Shown here: in pieces, positions 27,899-37,889 of the stretch
How the letters are laid out: every line of letters starts with the position of its first letter
Position numbering within the stretch: the first letter of the stretch is position 1
Assembly: GCA_009691505.1 (NCBI GenBank)
Contig: SICJ01000002.1
Location: 1-42,070, forward strand
Origin: Candidatus Parcubacteria bacterium
Lineage (GTDB): Bacteria > Patescibacteriota > Minisyncoccia > Phycocordibacterales > CALRHW01
Direction: 5' to 3'
DNA: 42,070 nucleotides
The notes under the pieces: model-generated
Told to the model about the DNA's origin: nothing
The model's database searches: none
What the model saw: the letters and a program-made list of their open reading frames with translations, nothing else
Translations under genes and position numbers: made by a program

Positions 27899-28936
27899 AT
27901 GAACCATCAAAAATCAGAGTTTTATTTTTTGTCCGCTCTCCTTACAGGAATATTTGTCCTCACTTTTTTCATTTTTAAGCCTTTTTTCTACGCTCTTATC
28001 TTGGCAATAGTATTTGCAACCGTCTTTAAACCGCTACACACAAGAATACTTGCCATGACGCGAGATAGAAAAGGGTTGGCGGCGCTTCTTACTACCATTT
28101 CCGTTCTTATTGTTGTTATTGTGCCTCTCTCTTTTTTAGGCATACAGATTTTTCAGGAAGCAACGGGGCTGTATTCTTCTCTCACACTGAACGGCGGTGC
28201 GACCCATCTTTCTCGTGGATTGGGAGATGCGGTAAATAATCTCACAAGATTTTCTCCTGTGCCGATAGATTCCATCGACATTAACGAGTATCTAAAACAG
28301 GGGTTAAGCTGGTTGCTTCAACATCTTGGTCCGCTCTTTGCGAATGTTGCAAAAGCAATGGTAGGTGTCTTTATATTTCTCGTCGCTCTCTATTACTTAT
28401 TTAAAGATGGTTACAAACTAAAAAGAGATGTTGTTGCTTTAAGCCCCTTGCAGGATATTCACGATGAAACAATTTTTAATAAACTTACTATGGCAATTAA
28501 TTCAGTCATCAAGGGAAGTCTTGCGGTGGCACTCGTTCAGGGTATATTAACCGCAATCGGGTTCGCTATTTTTGGAGTTCCCAACGCAACACTTTGGGGT
28601 AGTGTCGCGACAATCACCGCATTAATCCCCGGCATTGGAACAGCACTAATACTCCTCCCGGCTATTCTTTATCTATACTTTAGCGGGGAAATGATTTCCG
28701 CGGTTGGCCTTCTTATCTGGGGAGTGGTTGCCGTTGGGCTTGTTGATAATTTTTTGGGACCGAAACTCGTTGAAAGAGGAATGCGACTTCACCCATTCCT
28801 TATTCTTCTTTCTATTTTGGGAGGTATCAGCTTTTTCGGGCCTCTTGGATTTTTGCTTGGACCCCTCGTCTTGAGTTTACTCTTCACTCTCCTTGACATT
28901 TATTTCGCGATTCACAAGGAATACGAAGAGCGGTGA
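27899..28936 (+). CDS. AI-2E family transporter (YdiK/PerM-like)
   Basis: YYLFKDG, ALVQG, LIPGIGT, VDNFLGPKL, ILGGISFFGPLGFLLGP; ATG 27899 preferred over 27866. Confidence 0.93.
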   Translation: MNHQKSEFYFLSALLTGIFVLTFFIFKPFFYALILAIVFATVFKPLHTRILAMTRDRKGLAALLTTISVLIVVIVPLSFLGIQIFQEATGLYSSLTLNGGATHLSRGLGDAVNNLTRFSPVPIDSIDINEYLKQGLSWLLQHLGPLFANVAKAMVGVFIFLVALYYLFKDGYKLKRDVVALSPLQDIHDETIFNKLTMAINSVIKGSLAVALVQGILTAIGFAIFGVPNATLWGSVATITALIPGIGTALILLPAILYLYFSGEMISAVGLLIWGVVAVGLVDNFLGPKLVERGMRLHPFLILLSILGGISFFGPLGFLLGPLVLSLLFTLLDIYFAIHKEYEER

Positions 28937-28941
28937 CTACC

Positions 28942-29031
28942 TATGAAGAGGCGCTCCGAGCGCAAATAGATGGCAATTGGGCGCGCTACGGTGAGGCAAT
29001 AAAGCGACTAGGAGATGTTCTTAAACAATAA
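28942..29031 (+). pseudogene. C-terminal remnant of UPF0182-family protein
   Basis: YEEALRAQIDGNWARYGEAIKRLGDVLKQ*. Confidence 0.55.
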
Positions 29032-29147
29032 TATTATAAATAATATACTGAAAATTAAATAAATTTTATATAAAAAACAGGACAGCTTTGGCATTTGATT
29101 GCCTCGGCTGTCCCGTGACGTATGGCGGTGGTTGCGTGAGCAGAAAG

Positions 29148-29651
29148 TTATTTCAACTGCTCAAGTAGATAGTCGGTGCGCTTTTCATCCAACAACTGAA
29201 GATCATGAAGTCTTTTGACTTCTTCTCGCACTTTTTCCTTAGGGACTGTCCCCATCGAAACGATTTCATTTTCAGGGATTCCCAATTCACGCCCAAATCT
29301 TTTCAAGGTATCCTTGAGGTCAATTTGCTCGCCCAATACCTCAAGACTGAGTTTCTTGAATAAGGGATGCTGATTGAGAATCTCATTCTGCAAAAAAGCA
29401 CGAAAGATAGGCCACGTTTCCTCTGGAAGTTGTTTTATCCCAGTCATGTGCCTTATCAAACACCCAAGCTCCATTGTCAATTTCTTTGTGTCCGTCCCGT
29501 ATTCAGGTGGGTCAAGATACTTCCCTGAAAGCACCAACAAGATCGTTGATGCACGAAAAAAGCTTTTGGCCGCAGATGTTGTTATATTTTTTTGAAACAC
29601 TTCCAGTCTCCTTATTCTAAGTTTCCGTTGAAGGTTATGTAATTGGTCCAC
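29148..29651 (-). CDS. hypothetical protein
   Basis: 167-aa ORF with upstream TTGACA promoter (minus strand ~29718) and downstream hairpin 29079-29113. Confidence 0.65.
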   Translation of the reverse strand: MDQLHNLQRKLRIRRLEVFQKNITTSAAKSFFRASTILLVLSGKYLDPPEYGTDTKKLTMELGCLIRHMTGIKQLPEETWPIFRAFLQNEILNQHPLFKKLSLEVLGEQIDLKDTLKRFGRELGIPENEIVSMGTVPKEKVREEVKRLHDLQLLDEKRTDYLLEQLK

Positions 29652-29720
29652 GTTGAACCAAATTTTTTGTACATATACTTCTGTTAATTACTATAATGAG
29701 GATATTAAATTGTGTCAAAT

Positions 29721-29748
29721 AAAAAACGCACTTCCGTAAGTGCGTTTT
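29721..29748 (-). terminator. intrinsic terminator (possibly bidirectional)
   Basis: AAAACGCACTT-CCGT-AAGTGCGTTTT. Confidence 0.7.
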
Positions 29749-29767
29749 GAGTGGTATCAGGCACTCC

Positions 29768-29971
29768 TCAAGTTTTTTCTCGCGGTGTTCCCTTACGGAA
29801 TAAACTCGCAATTTCGCTCATCCTCTCAGCTGTAACTTCGAAACCAAACGCTCGTAGCGCTTGTCTGATAATTGATGGGATGTTGTTTCCCCCTTCTCCT
29901 ACTCTCTTGCTGTTTTGGTACAGCTTCCGGACTCTATTCAAAACCTTTTCTTTTTCTGTGACATATGACAA
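29768..29971 (-). CDS. small hypothetical protein
   Basis: 67 aa with its own leader and terminator. Confidence 0.55.
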   Translation of the reverse strand: MSYVTEKEKVLNRVRKLYQNSKRVGEGGNNIPSIIRQALRAFGFEVTAERMSEIASLFRKGTPREKT

Positions 29972-30065
29972 TTTTCCATCTCCCTTATAAAAAGGTTCAT
30001 TTCTCTAGTAGAGCTTTCGCACTCCACTTTTTTCCTATATAATCATACCATAGACTTTTGAAAAA

Positions 30066-30521
30066 TCAAATAAACATAGCCTCCACCACTTCTTTCACAT
30101 CCGCACCGTCAGCTTTTCCTTTCAACTCTTTCATAACCGTACCCATAAAAATACCCAATTTTGATTTGTCTGTTATGCCCATCTCTGCACGTTTTTTCTC
30201 CGCGACTGCGCGGATGTCTTCCTTACTCATTGTCGCTGGTAGGAAGGTTTGCAAAATAGTGAGCTCCGCTTCTTCGGAAGCGACAAGGTCAGCACGCCCG
30301 CCTGCTTTAAACTGCTCAATAGAATATTTGCGTTGTTTTACTCCGCGACGGATCACGTTTAAGGCATCTTCGTCTACTAGTTCTTCTTGCGGTTTTCGTT
30401 TTTGGGCGATAACTTCATTTACAAAAGCGGTCACAAGTCCGCGTAGCACGTTTAGTCGCACTTTATCTTTTGCAAGCATCGCTCCTTTTATTTCGCCCCG
30501 TATTTTTTGTTGTAAAGTCAT
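30066..30521 (-). CDS. yqeY: GatB/YqeY domain protein
   Basis: AMLAKD, KQRKYSIEQFKAGGRADL, MGTVMKELKGKADG. Confidence 0.93.
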   Translation of the reverse strand: MTLQQKIRGEIKGAMLAKDKVRLNVLRGLVTAFVNEVIAQKRKPQEELVDEDALNVIRRGVKQRKYSIEQFKAGGRADLVASEEAELTILQTFLPATMSKEDIRAVAEKKRAEMGITDKSKLGIFMGTVMKELKGKADGADVKEVVEAMFI

Positions 30522-30582
30522 GTTGTTGTTTGATTATTTGTTATGTATACGAACAGTATAACAATTTGCTATAATTTTTGAT

Positions 30583-31650
30583 ATGTCAGTTGAAACCTTA
30601 TTTATTATTTTACTTTTAGCGCTTTTAGCAAATGCTATTTTTATTTGGCTTATATTTAAACGTGTCGTTGGAAAACCAGAGCTAGAAGAAAAAAAAGACA
30701 CTGGTCTCAATCTTCTTCTTCAACAAATGCACGAACTCACTCGCACAGTGGATTCAAAAATCGGTGAGAGCAGTAAGCAGGTAAATGAGTCTATGCGAAA
30801 TCAGTTTAGTGAATCATCGCGCTTGATACGGGAAGTAACGGCAAGCTTGACGAAGCTAGACGAGACCAATAAACAAGTCGTATCATTTGCCGACCAACTA
30901 CAGTCGCTCCAAGATATTTTAAAAAATCCAAAACAGCGCGGAATAGTGGGGGAGTATTATTTGGAAACGCTCCTTAAAAACGTACTTCCGCCTGGCTCGT
31001 ATCAGATGCAATATGCTTTTAAAAATGGCGACATCGTGGACGCAGTAGTTTTTGTAAAAGATAAAGTTATTCCGATTGACTCCAAGTTTTCTCTAGAAAA
31101 TTACAATAAAATAATTGAAGAAAAAAATCCCGCAGAAAAAGAGCGGTTGGAGAAAGTTTTTGTAAATGATTTAAAGAACCGCATTTCTGAGACCGCAAAA
31201 TACATACGCCCGACAGAAGACACGATGGATTTTGCTTTTATGTTTATTCCGCACGAAGCGATATATTATGATCTTTTGATAAATAAAGTTGGCGCATCGG
31301 CAGAAGACGCGGAAAATCTAATCCAGCGTGCGGCAGGAAAATACAAAGTTATTATTGTGTCGCCCACTTCTTTTTTAGCATATTTACAGACAGTGCTCCA
31401 AGGTTTAAAAGCGATGCAAATTGAAGATACTGCAAAGGATATTGTCAAACACGTCGGCGAGCTCGGTAGACATTTAAAAAGCTACAACGATTATCACAAA
31501 AAAATGGGCAACGCTCTTTCAACTACAGTAAACCATTTTAACGCGAGCTCAAATGAATTTAAAAAAATAGATAAGGATGTGATGCGTATTACAGAGCAAG
31601 AGATTGGGATAAAAGCCATAACTCTTGAAAAGCCAGAAATTGAGGAGTGA
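30583..31650 (+). CDS. rmuC: DNA recombination protein RmuC
   Basis: PKQRGIVGE, PIDSKF, KYI, FAFMFIP.E, VSPTS. Confidence 0.93.
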   Translation: MSVETLFIILLLALLANAIFIWLIFKRVVGKPELEEKKDTGLNLLLQQMHELTRTVDSKIGESSKQVNESMRNQFSESSRLIREVTASLTKLDETNKQVVSFADQLQSLQDILKNPKQRGIVGEYYLETLLKNVLPPGSYQMQYAFKNGDIVDAVVFVKDKVIPIDSKFSLENYNKIIEEKNPAEKERLEKVFVNDLKNRISETAKYIRPTEDTMDFAFMFIPHEAIYYDLLINKVGASAEDAENLIQRAAGKYKVIIVSPTSFLAYLQTVLQGLKAMQIEDTAKDIVKHVGELGRHLKSYNDYHKKMGNALSTTVNHFNASSNEFKKIDKDVMRITEQEIGIKAITLEKPEIEE

Positions 31651-31720
31651 CGAGTGCGCGCGGGATACGTCCCATGACCTTTCTTGCTTTTTATAGCCAT
31701 TTATGTAAAATATACAGATT

Positions 31721-32038
31721 ATGGAATTTGCAGTTATTCAAACAGGTGGTAAGCAATACCAAGTAAAAAAGGGAGATACTCTCACTATAGAGAAGCTTCC
31801 TGGCGATTTTAAAGCAGGTGATAAAATCACTTTTGATAAGGTGCTACTTGTGGATAATGGTAAAGATACAACTATTGGAACTCCTTTTATCGCAGGCGCT
31901 TCAGTGATGGCAACCTTTACAGAAGCAGGACGAGCAAAGAAAATTGACGTTATCAAATACAAGCAAAAGAGTAGATATTTTAAGAAAAACGGTCACCGAC
32001 AGCCATTTTTTAAGGTAAAGATTGAGGAGATAAAGTAA
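31721..32038 (+). CDS. rplU: 50S ribosomal protein L21
   Basis: FAVIQTGGKQY, GHRQP. Confidence 0.98.
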   Translation: MEFAVIQTGGKQYQVKKGDTLTIEKLPGDFKAGDKITFDKVLLVDNGKDTTIGTPFIAGASVMATFTEAGRAKKIDVIKYKQKSRYFKKNGHRQPFFKVKIEEIK

Positions 32039-32039
32039 G

Positions 32040-32068
32040 AATAAAACCGCCCAGAAAGGCGGTTTTAT
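32040..32068. terminator. bidirectional intrinsic terminator
   Basis: AATAAAACCGCC-CAGAA-AGGCGGTTTTATT between convergent rplU and recR. Confidence 0.8.
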
Positions 32069-32685
32069 TATTGTCTGTTCTGTAAGGCGTTTTTAAGGGT
32101 TTCCGCGTCAGAATATTCAAGCTCCGTTCCTGTGGAAAGCCCGCGTCCGAGTAGGGAAATTTTGATGTTGTGTTTTTGGGTAAGGGGAGCGAGTATTTTT
32201 TTAATGTAATCGCTAGTGTTTTCACCTTCGGGATTTGCATTTACTGCAAGCACGATTTCATGCAAACCTTCGGAAGTGCGAGTTTCTACTGCGCGAAGCA
32301 ATTCTTTAATCCGTATTTTGTTTTCAGGTTGTGATTCTAAAATCGGCACTGTTCCACCAAGCACAAAATATTTTCCATTATAAACACCGGTTTTTTCAAT
32401 ATTTTCCAAATCTACATCGCGACTGACTACGGTGAGCATACTTACGTCGCGATTTTTTGCCGAACAAATGTCGCACGAGTTTGAGTCAGAAAAGTTTTTG
32501 AAAAAGAATCTGTAACAACTTTCGCAAGTTTTCATTTCCTCTTTTATTTTTGCAATCAGGGAAGCGAGCTCGTCTAGATGGCTTTGATTTCTGGTAAGTA
32601 AAAAATACACAAAACGTTTTGCTTGCCGTGGACCTATTCCAGGAAATTCAGAAAAAAAGGAAGTGAGTTTTAAAAGAGTGTTCAT
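32068..32685 (-). CDS. recR: recombination mediator RecR
   Basis: FPGIGPRQAKR, CxxC...CxxC, YFVLGG, EGENT, ELEYSD; start moved to ATG 32685 to avoid the dnaB overlap. Confidence 0.96.
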   Translation of the reverse strand: MNTLLKLTSFFSEFPGIGPRQAKRFVYFLLTRNQSHLDELASLIAKIKEEMKTCESCYRFFFKNFSDSNSCDICSAKNRDVSMLTVVSRDVDLENIEKTGVYNGKYFVLGGTVPILESQPENKIRIKELLRAVETRTSEGLHEIVLAVNANPEGENTSDYIKKILAPLTQKHNIKISLLGRGLSTGTELEYSDAETLKNALQNRQ

Positions 32686-32698
32686 ATCTCGTGTAAAA

Positions 32699-34090
32699 TT
32701 AGAAATCCTTAAACTCTTTATCCGCTCCGCCAAAATTGTCACGCGCGACACTTTGGAAAGTAGCTTTTTTGTCATTAAAATATAAATCAATTTTTCCTGT
32801 AGGACCATTACGATGTTTCTCAATTAAAATTTCGGCGATATTTGTGCGCTCACTTGCTTCTTTAAATTTATCTTCACGATGAATAAACATCACGACGTCA
32901 GCATCTTGCTCAATAGATCCAGAATCTCGCAAATCAGAAAGACGAGGCTTGCCACCGCGAGACTCCACAGCACGAGAAAGCTGGGAAAGCGCGAGCACTG
33001 GCACTTTTAGCTCACGGGCAAGATTTTTTAATGAACGAGAAATTTCGGTTACTTGTTGCACGAGATTGTCTCCAGCACGGGAATTGGTAGGAACCATGAG
33101 TTGTAAGTAGTCCACGATAATAAGTCCGAGCCCTTTTTCGCGTTTGAGCCGACGTGCAACAGAACGCATTTTAAGAATATTGTTGCCAGCTTGGTCATCT
33201 ATATAAATTGGTGCAGTTGCTAGCTTATCTAGCGCCTGACGGATAGAAGCAAAGTCATCTTGATTTGTGATTTTTCCTGTTCGCAGTTTCCAAGAATCCA
33301 CATCAGCTTGCGACGCGAGCATTCTATCCACAAGTTGTTGTGAGCTCATTTCCAAAGAAAAAATGCCGACAGGCGTGCCGTGGTTGATTGCAGTCTGACG
33401 AGCTATGTCTAAAGCGAGCGCGGTTTTTCCCATTGATGGTCGTGCCGCTAAAATGATCAGGTCAGACTCTTGAAGGCCTGCGAGATGTTCATCTAATGCT
33501 GTGAAGCCGGTAGGAATTCCGCGGAGCCCGCCTTTTGAATTATGTAATCTATCAAAACGTTCCCACGCTTCGTTTAGCGTATCTTTTAGTTCAATAAATT
33601 TGTGAGCTGTACTATTTCCACTTGTCGCTTCCACCATTCTTTTATCGGCTTTGTCTAAAATAATTTCCAAATCTTCTGCCTCATCAAAACCGAGCTGGCA
33701 GACGTATTCAGACGCATCTATAAGTCCGCGCATCATACTTTTTTTGTGAATGATGTCGCCGTAGTGTTTTATATTTGCAGAAGAGGGGACGACGTGTACA
33801 AGCTCGGTTAAATAAGTGTTACCTCCGATTTGGTCAAGCATGTTTTTTTCCTTCAAACGTGAAGAAAGTGAAAGTAAATCAATCGGCTGATTTTTTTTGA
33901 ATAGCTCAAACATCGTGTCAAAAATCATACGATGCCGTTCAGAATAAAATGACGCAGATGAAAGAGTGTCTATAATTTCATGAATGGCTTCCGGACGAAG
34001 CATAATAGAACCGAGTAGAGCCATCTCAGCTTCTATGCTTTGTGGAGGAATTCTTATTGCGCGGTTTTTATTTTTATTATTGTCGCTCAT
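32699..34090 (-). CDS. dnaB: replicative DNA helicase
   Basis: PPQSIEAE, AARPSMGKT, SLEM, VDYLQL, LSQLSR, DLRDSGSIEQDAD, KHRNGPTG; no intein. Confidence 0.99.
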   Translation of the reverse strand: MSDNNKNKNRAIRIPPQSIEAEMALLGSIMLRPEAIHEIIDTLSSASFYSERHRMIFDTMFELFKKNQPIDLLSLSSRLKEKNMLDQIGGNTYLTELVHVVPSSANIKHYGDIIHKKSMMRGLIDASEYVCQLGFDEAEDLEIILDKADKRMVEATSGNSTAHKFIELKDTLNEAWERFDRLHNSKGGLRGIPTGFTALDEHLAGLQESDLIILAARPSMGKTALALDIARQTAINHGTPVGIFSLEMSSQQLVDRMLASQADVDSWKLRTGKITNQDDFASIRQALDKLATAPIYIDDQAGNNILKMRSVARRLKREKGLGLIIVDYLQLMVPTNSRAGDNLVQQVTEISRSLKNLARELKVPVLALSQLSRAVESRGGKPRLSDLRDSGSIEQDADVVMFIHREDKFKEASERTNIAEILIEKHRNGPTGKIDLYFNDKKATFQSVARDNFGGADKEFKDF

Positions 34091-34189
34091 TGCAACAATA
34101 CTAACATGGTGTGGTCGGCGCGTGAAAGTTAAAAAACTTGATAGACTGTGGTTAAACTGTGGAGAACGAAAAGTGCATTTATTTCTTCT

Positions 34190-35608
34190 TTAGACTTTCT
34201 TGAGTTTTGTGCCGTTTTCGGTATCTTTAAGCTCAAAACCCTGTTTTAATATATCGTCACGAAGCTCATCAGCATGTTTCCAGTCATTGTTTTTGCGGGC
34301 GATTTCCCGTTCTTTGACCAGTTTTTTCACGGTGTCGGGTATTTTTTTGTCGGTTTTGGCGAGAGCGAACACTTCTTTCGCAAGAGTTTTTAAACTTAAT
34401 CCAAGCACTTTGTCAAATTCGTTTAAGGTCGCTTTTTTATCTCGCGCAGAAACAGTCTTGTCGCGTATCATGTTCCACATTTCAGCGATAGCACCAGGAG
34501 TGTTCAAATCATTATTTACATGCGTTTCAAATTTTTCCAGCCATTTTTTACTAATTTTTCCAAAACTTGGAAGCTCGCTATAAACACGCACAAGTTTCAT
34601 AAGCGCTACATTTGCACTTTCAAGTGGCTCCCAAGCAAAAGTAATAGGAGAACGATAGTGTGCGGTCAGTAACCAGTAGCGATAACTCACAGGATTTATT
34701 TTACGCGCAACAACATCTGCGAGCCGTAAAAATCCACCAGCAGATTTTGCCATTTTTTCGCCCGAGCCAATTCCAGAACTCGCCATATTTACAAAAGCAT
34801 TGTGAAGCCAAAATCGCACATACTCTTTTCCTGTTGCACATTCAGACTGAGCGATTTCGTTATTGTGATGAACAGGAATGTGGTCAATTCCGCCTGTGTG
34901 TATATCAAAAGTTTCACCGAGATATTTCATCGCCATAGCCGAACATTCTATGTGCCAGCCGGGGAAACCTACACCCCACGGAGACTGCCACTCTTGCTGA
35001 CGTTTTTCGTGAGGCTCAGCAAATTTCCACAGTGCAAAATCAGTATTGTGTTTTTTTTGCGAGTTTATAGTAACGCGCGCACCTTCTTTTAAATGCGCCA
35101 AATCAATGTTGCCAAGCTTCCCGTACGGCTTAAATTTTTGCGTATCAAAATAAATTCCGTCTGAAGTTTTATATGTAAAACCTTTTTGCTCTAAAGTTTT
35201 TATAAGGTCAATCTGCTCAGCAATATGCTCTGTCGCTCGCGGAAATTTTATATCGTGCACATCTATATTGAGCATTTTTAGATCTTCCATAAACGCCAAA
35301 GTGTAAAAAGCGATTACTTCTCTCGCGGTTTTGCCTTCCTTGCGTGCACCTTCTTCAATTTTATCGCGTCCTTCGTCACCATCACCAAGTAAGTGACCTA
35401 CGTCAGTAATATTTATTACCTGATTAACTTTATATTTATTGTAAATAAGCATGCGCTTCAAAATGTCCGCAAAAACATAAGACCGTAGATTTCCGATATG
35501 CGCATAGTTGTAAACAGTCGGTCCGCAATTATACATACCCACTTTTTTCTTTTCCAGTGAAGAAAAAGGCTCTTTTCCTCCAGACATTGTATTCCAAAGA
35601 GTAATCAT
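34190..35608 (-). CDS. cysS: cysteine--tRNA ligase
   Basis: [32 protein letters not shown]. Confidence 0.99.
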   Translation of the reverse strand: MITLWNTMSGGKEPFSSLEKKKVGMYNCGPTVYNYAHIGNLRSYVFADILKRMLIYNKYKVNQVINITDVGHLLGDGDEGRDKIEEGARKEGKTAREVIAFYTLAFMEDLKMLNIDVHDIKFPRATEHIAEQIDLIKTLEQKGFTYKTSDGIYFDTQKFKPYGKLGNIDLAHLKEGARVTINSQKKHNTDFALWKFAEPHEKRQQEWQSPWGVGFPGWHIECSAMAMKYLGETFDIHTGGIDHIPVHHNNEIAQSECATGKEYVRFWLHNAFVNMASSGIGSGEKMAKSAGGFLRLADVVARKINPVSYRYWLLTAHYRSPITFAWEPLESANVALMKLVRVYSELPSFGKISKKWLEKFETHVNNDLNTPGAIAEMWNMIRDKTVSARDKKATLNEFDKVLGLSLKTLAKEVFALAKTDKKIPDTVKKLVKEREIARKNNDWKHADELRDDILKQGFELKDTENGTKLKKV

Positions 35609-36519
35609 AACCAGTGTTTAAACTTAAAAAAAGAAAACATCACTACTCCGACAGCAAAAATTCCACCGATGAGTATCCAAAAATCATTTGGCTGACCAAT
35701 AAGCGGTCTAGCGACAGTGTCTATCTGAAATACTGAAACGATGAGAGAAAGCGGAACGGCAATAAAAGCCATAATAGTAAGAACTTTTGTAATTTCATTT
35801 CCTTTTGTGTCTAGTAGAGAATTATTTGTTTCGCGAAGTTCAACTACGACGTCACGTAAGTTTTTAATTGTGTTTTGAATTTTGTGGTACTCTTCAAGAG
35901 CCACACGCGTGTATAAAGAAAAATGATTTCCTAAAGCTTTTTTGCCGATAATTTCAAGTGAGATAAGCACTTCTTTATGTGCGTCCATTGTTTTTTGAAA
36001 ATCAAGAAGAGTGCGACTTACATTTGATAAATCAAAAACCATATTACGTTCGTCTCCTTTAAAAATCTTGTTTTCAATATTTTTCTGCCAGCTTTCAATA
36101 TATGACAACTCATCAAAAATTGTGCTGTAAATTTCCTTCAAAATCATATAGAAAATATAACCAGTAGGATATTCTATATTTTTTTTATCTAAAATTGAGC
36201 TCACTTCTAGCTGTTTTGCAAATTTATGAAGAGCATCTACTGTGTCGTAGCGTGCCGTCACAAGAAAATCGCGACCGATTATGAAATCCACTTCTTGCGT
36301 GGTTTTATCAGAGTGACTGTGTTTAAAAGCTGGAAAATGTAAGACAAGATAAATAAAATCATGATAAAGCTCAACACGAGGTTTTATAGATGGTTTGGAA
36401 AGTTCGTTTGCAATGACGCCGTCAATTTTAAACTCTTTTATAATGTCATCAACATCTTTATCTGTCGGATGATCTAGGTCTAGCCAAGTAATTCCTTTGT
36501 AAGAATATCTTTGTATCAT
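35605..36519 (-). CDS. CorA family divalent cation transporter
   Basis: WLDL..P, NEITKVLTI, two C-terminal TM helices; GMN signature replaced (FQID). Confidence 0.85.
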   Translation of the reverse strand: MIQRYSYKGITWLDLDHPTDKDVDDIIKEFKIDGVIANELSKPSIKPRVELYHDFIYLVLHFPAFKHSHSDKTTQEVDFIIGRDFLVTARYDTVDALHKFAKQLEVSSILDKKNIEYPTGYIFYMILKEIYSTIFDELSYIESWQKNIENKIFKGDERNMVFDLSNVSRTLLDFQKTMDAHKEVLISLEIIGKKALGNHFSLYTRVALEEYHKIQNTIKNLRDVVVELRETNNSLLDTKGNEITKVLTIMAFIAVPLSLIVSVFQIDTVARPLIGQPNDFWILIGGIFAVGVVMFSFFKFKHWL

Positions 36520-36626
36520 GTGTTAATTTCTTTTAATTATAAAAGTTATTGCGAGTTTGGGCAAGGACGCAAAGGCGTGTATGATGTTTGACCACTGCAC
36601 ACGATTTTGAGATAATAAAATGACAA

Positions 36627-37859
36627 ATGGATTCACGGTTTTCTAAACATAGAATTTTTGTAATAGCTTCACTCCTTATAGTAGGAGCTTCTTTTTTTTG
36701 CGGATATTATTTTGGTTCTCAAAGCATAAATGAAACCAAAAGCTCCGCCAACTTAGAAAATAAAAACCCAACTTCTTTTGTAAATGCCAATTTTGCGCCG
36801 TTTTGGAAAGCTTGGGATATTCTAAATGAAAAACATGTTTCATCAAGCTCTTCTACTCCTGTTCTTGCCGACCAAGACAAAATTTGGGGCGCGATAGGGG
36901 GTTTGGCCGATTCTTTTGGTGACCCTTACACGATTTTCTTGCCTCCAGCAGACGCAGAGATATTTGAAAGCGACATAAGTGGCAATTTTCAAGGTGTAGG
37001 AATGGAAATTGGAATGCGCGACGGGATACTCACTGTTATTTCTCCACTAAAAGGCACTCCAGCTCAAAGATCAGGAATTCTTTCTGGTGATAAAATTTTG
37101 AAAATTGATGACACTTCCACCGCCAAACTTAATTCTGAGGAGGCAATAAAACTTATTCGTGGAAAAGAGGGAACTAAAGTAAAATTTACTATTTTACGCG
37201 GCGTTGAAAGTGTCCCAATTGAAATTTATGTGACTCGTGCGACGATAGACATACCGACTATCAGTACTCATCTACGAAATGACGGCATATTTGTAATTGA
37301 ACTTTATAATTTTTCTGCAGTGTCCGCTGATTTGTTTAGAAAATCTCTTCGCAACTTTGTGTCTTCTGGAAGTAAAAAACTCGTGCTGGATTTACGTGGA
37401 AATCCCGGAGGATATTTGGAAGCAAGCATAGATATGGCGAGTTGGTTTTTGCCACTCGGCGATGAGGTAGTGCGAGAAGATTTTGGAACAAATGAAGACG
37501 AGATTGTGCATAGAAGTAAAGGTTATAATATTTTTAATGACAAATTAAAAATGGCGGTACTTATAGATGGTGGCTCAGCATCCGCTTCAGAGATTTTAGC
37601 TGGCGCTCTTCAAGAGCATAATGTAGCAAAACTTGTCGGTGTAAACTCATACGGAAAAGGCTCTGTGCAAGAACTCATAAAAATCACTCCAGACACTTCT
37701 TTAAAGGTGACTATCGCTCGTTGGCTCACACCAAACGGTAAATCTATTTCAGATGGCGGGCTCAAGCCTGACATTGAAGTAAAAAAGACTGAAGATGATA
37801 TAAAAAAGGGTCTTGATCCACAAATGTCTTCGGCTATTGAGTATTTAATGAAAAAGTGA
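36627..37859 (+). CDS. ctpA: S41 family carboxyl-terminal processing protease
   Basis: DPYT, PDZ GVGMEI, LDLRGNPGG, SASASEI, GKGSVQ, WLTPNG. Confidence 0.95.
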   Translation: MDSRFSKHRIFVIASLLIVGASFFCGYYFGSQSINETKSSANLENKNPTSFVNANFAPFWKAWDILNEKHVSSSSSTPVLADQDKIWGAIGGLADSFGDPYTIFLPPADAEIFESDISGNFQGVGMEIGMRDGILTVISPLKGTPAQRSGILSGDKILKIDDTSTAKLNSEEAIKLIRGKEGTKVKFTILRGVESVPIEIYVTRATIDIPTISTHLRNDGIFVIELYNFSAVSADLFRKSLRNFVSSGSKKLVLDLRGNPGGYLEASIDMASWFLPLGDEVVREDFGTNEDEIVHRSKGYNIFNDKLKMAVLIDGGSASASEILAGALQEHNVAKLVGVNSYGKGSVQELIKITPDTSLKVTIARWLTPNGKSISDGGLKPDIEVKKTEDDIKKGLDPQMSSAIEYLMKK

Positions 37860-37889
37860 TAGAAATAGGCTTATTAAAAATGAAACATC

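Noticed and set aside
32686..32823. N-terminal extension of RecR in the ORF track
   Set aside because: Overlaps the dnaB 3' end; RecR homology starts at MNTLLKL (32685).
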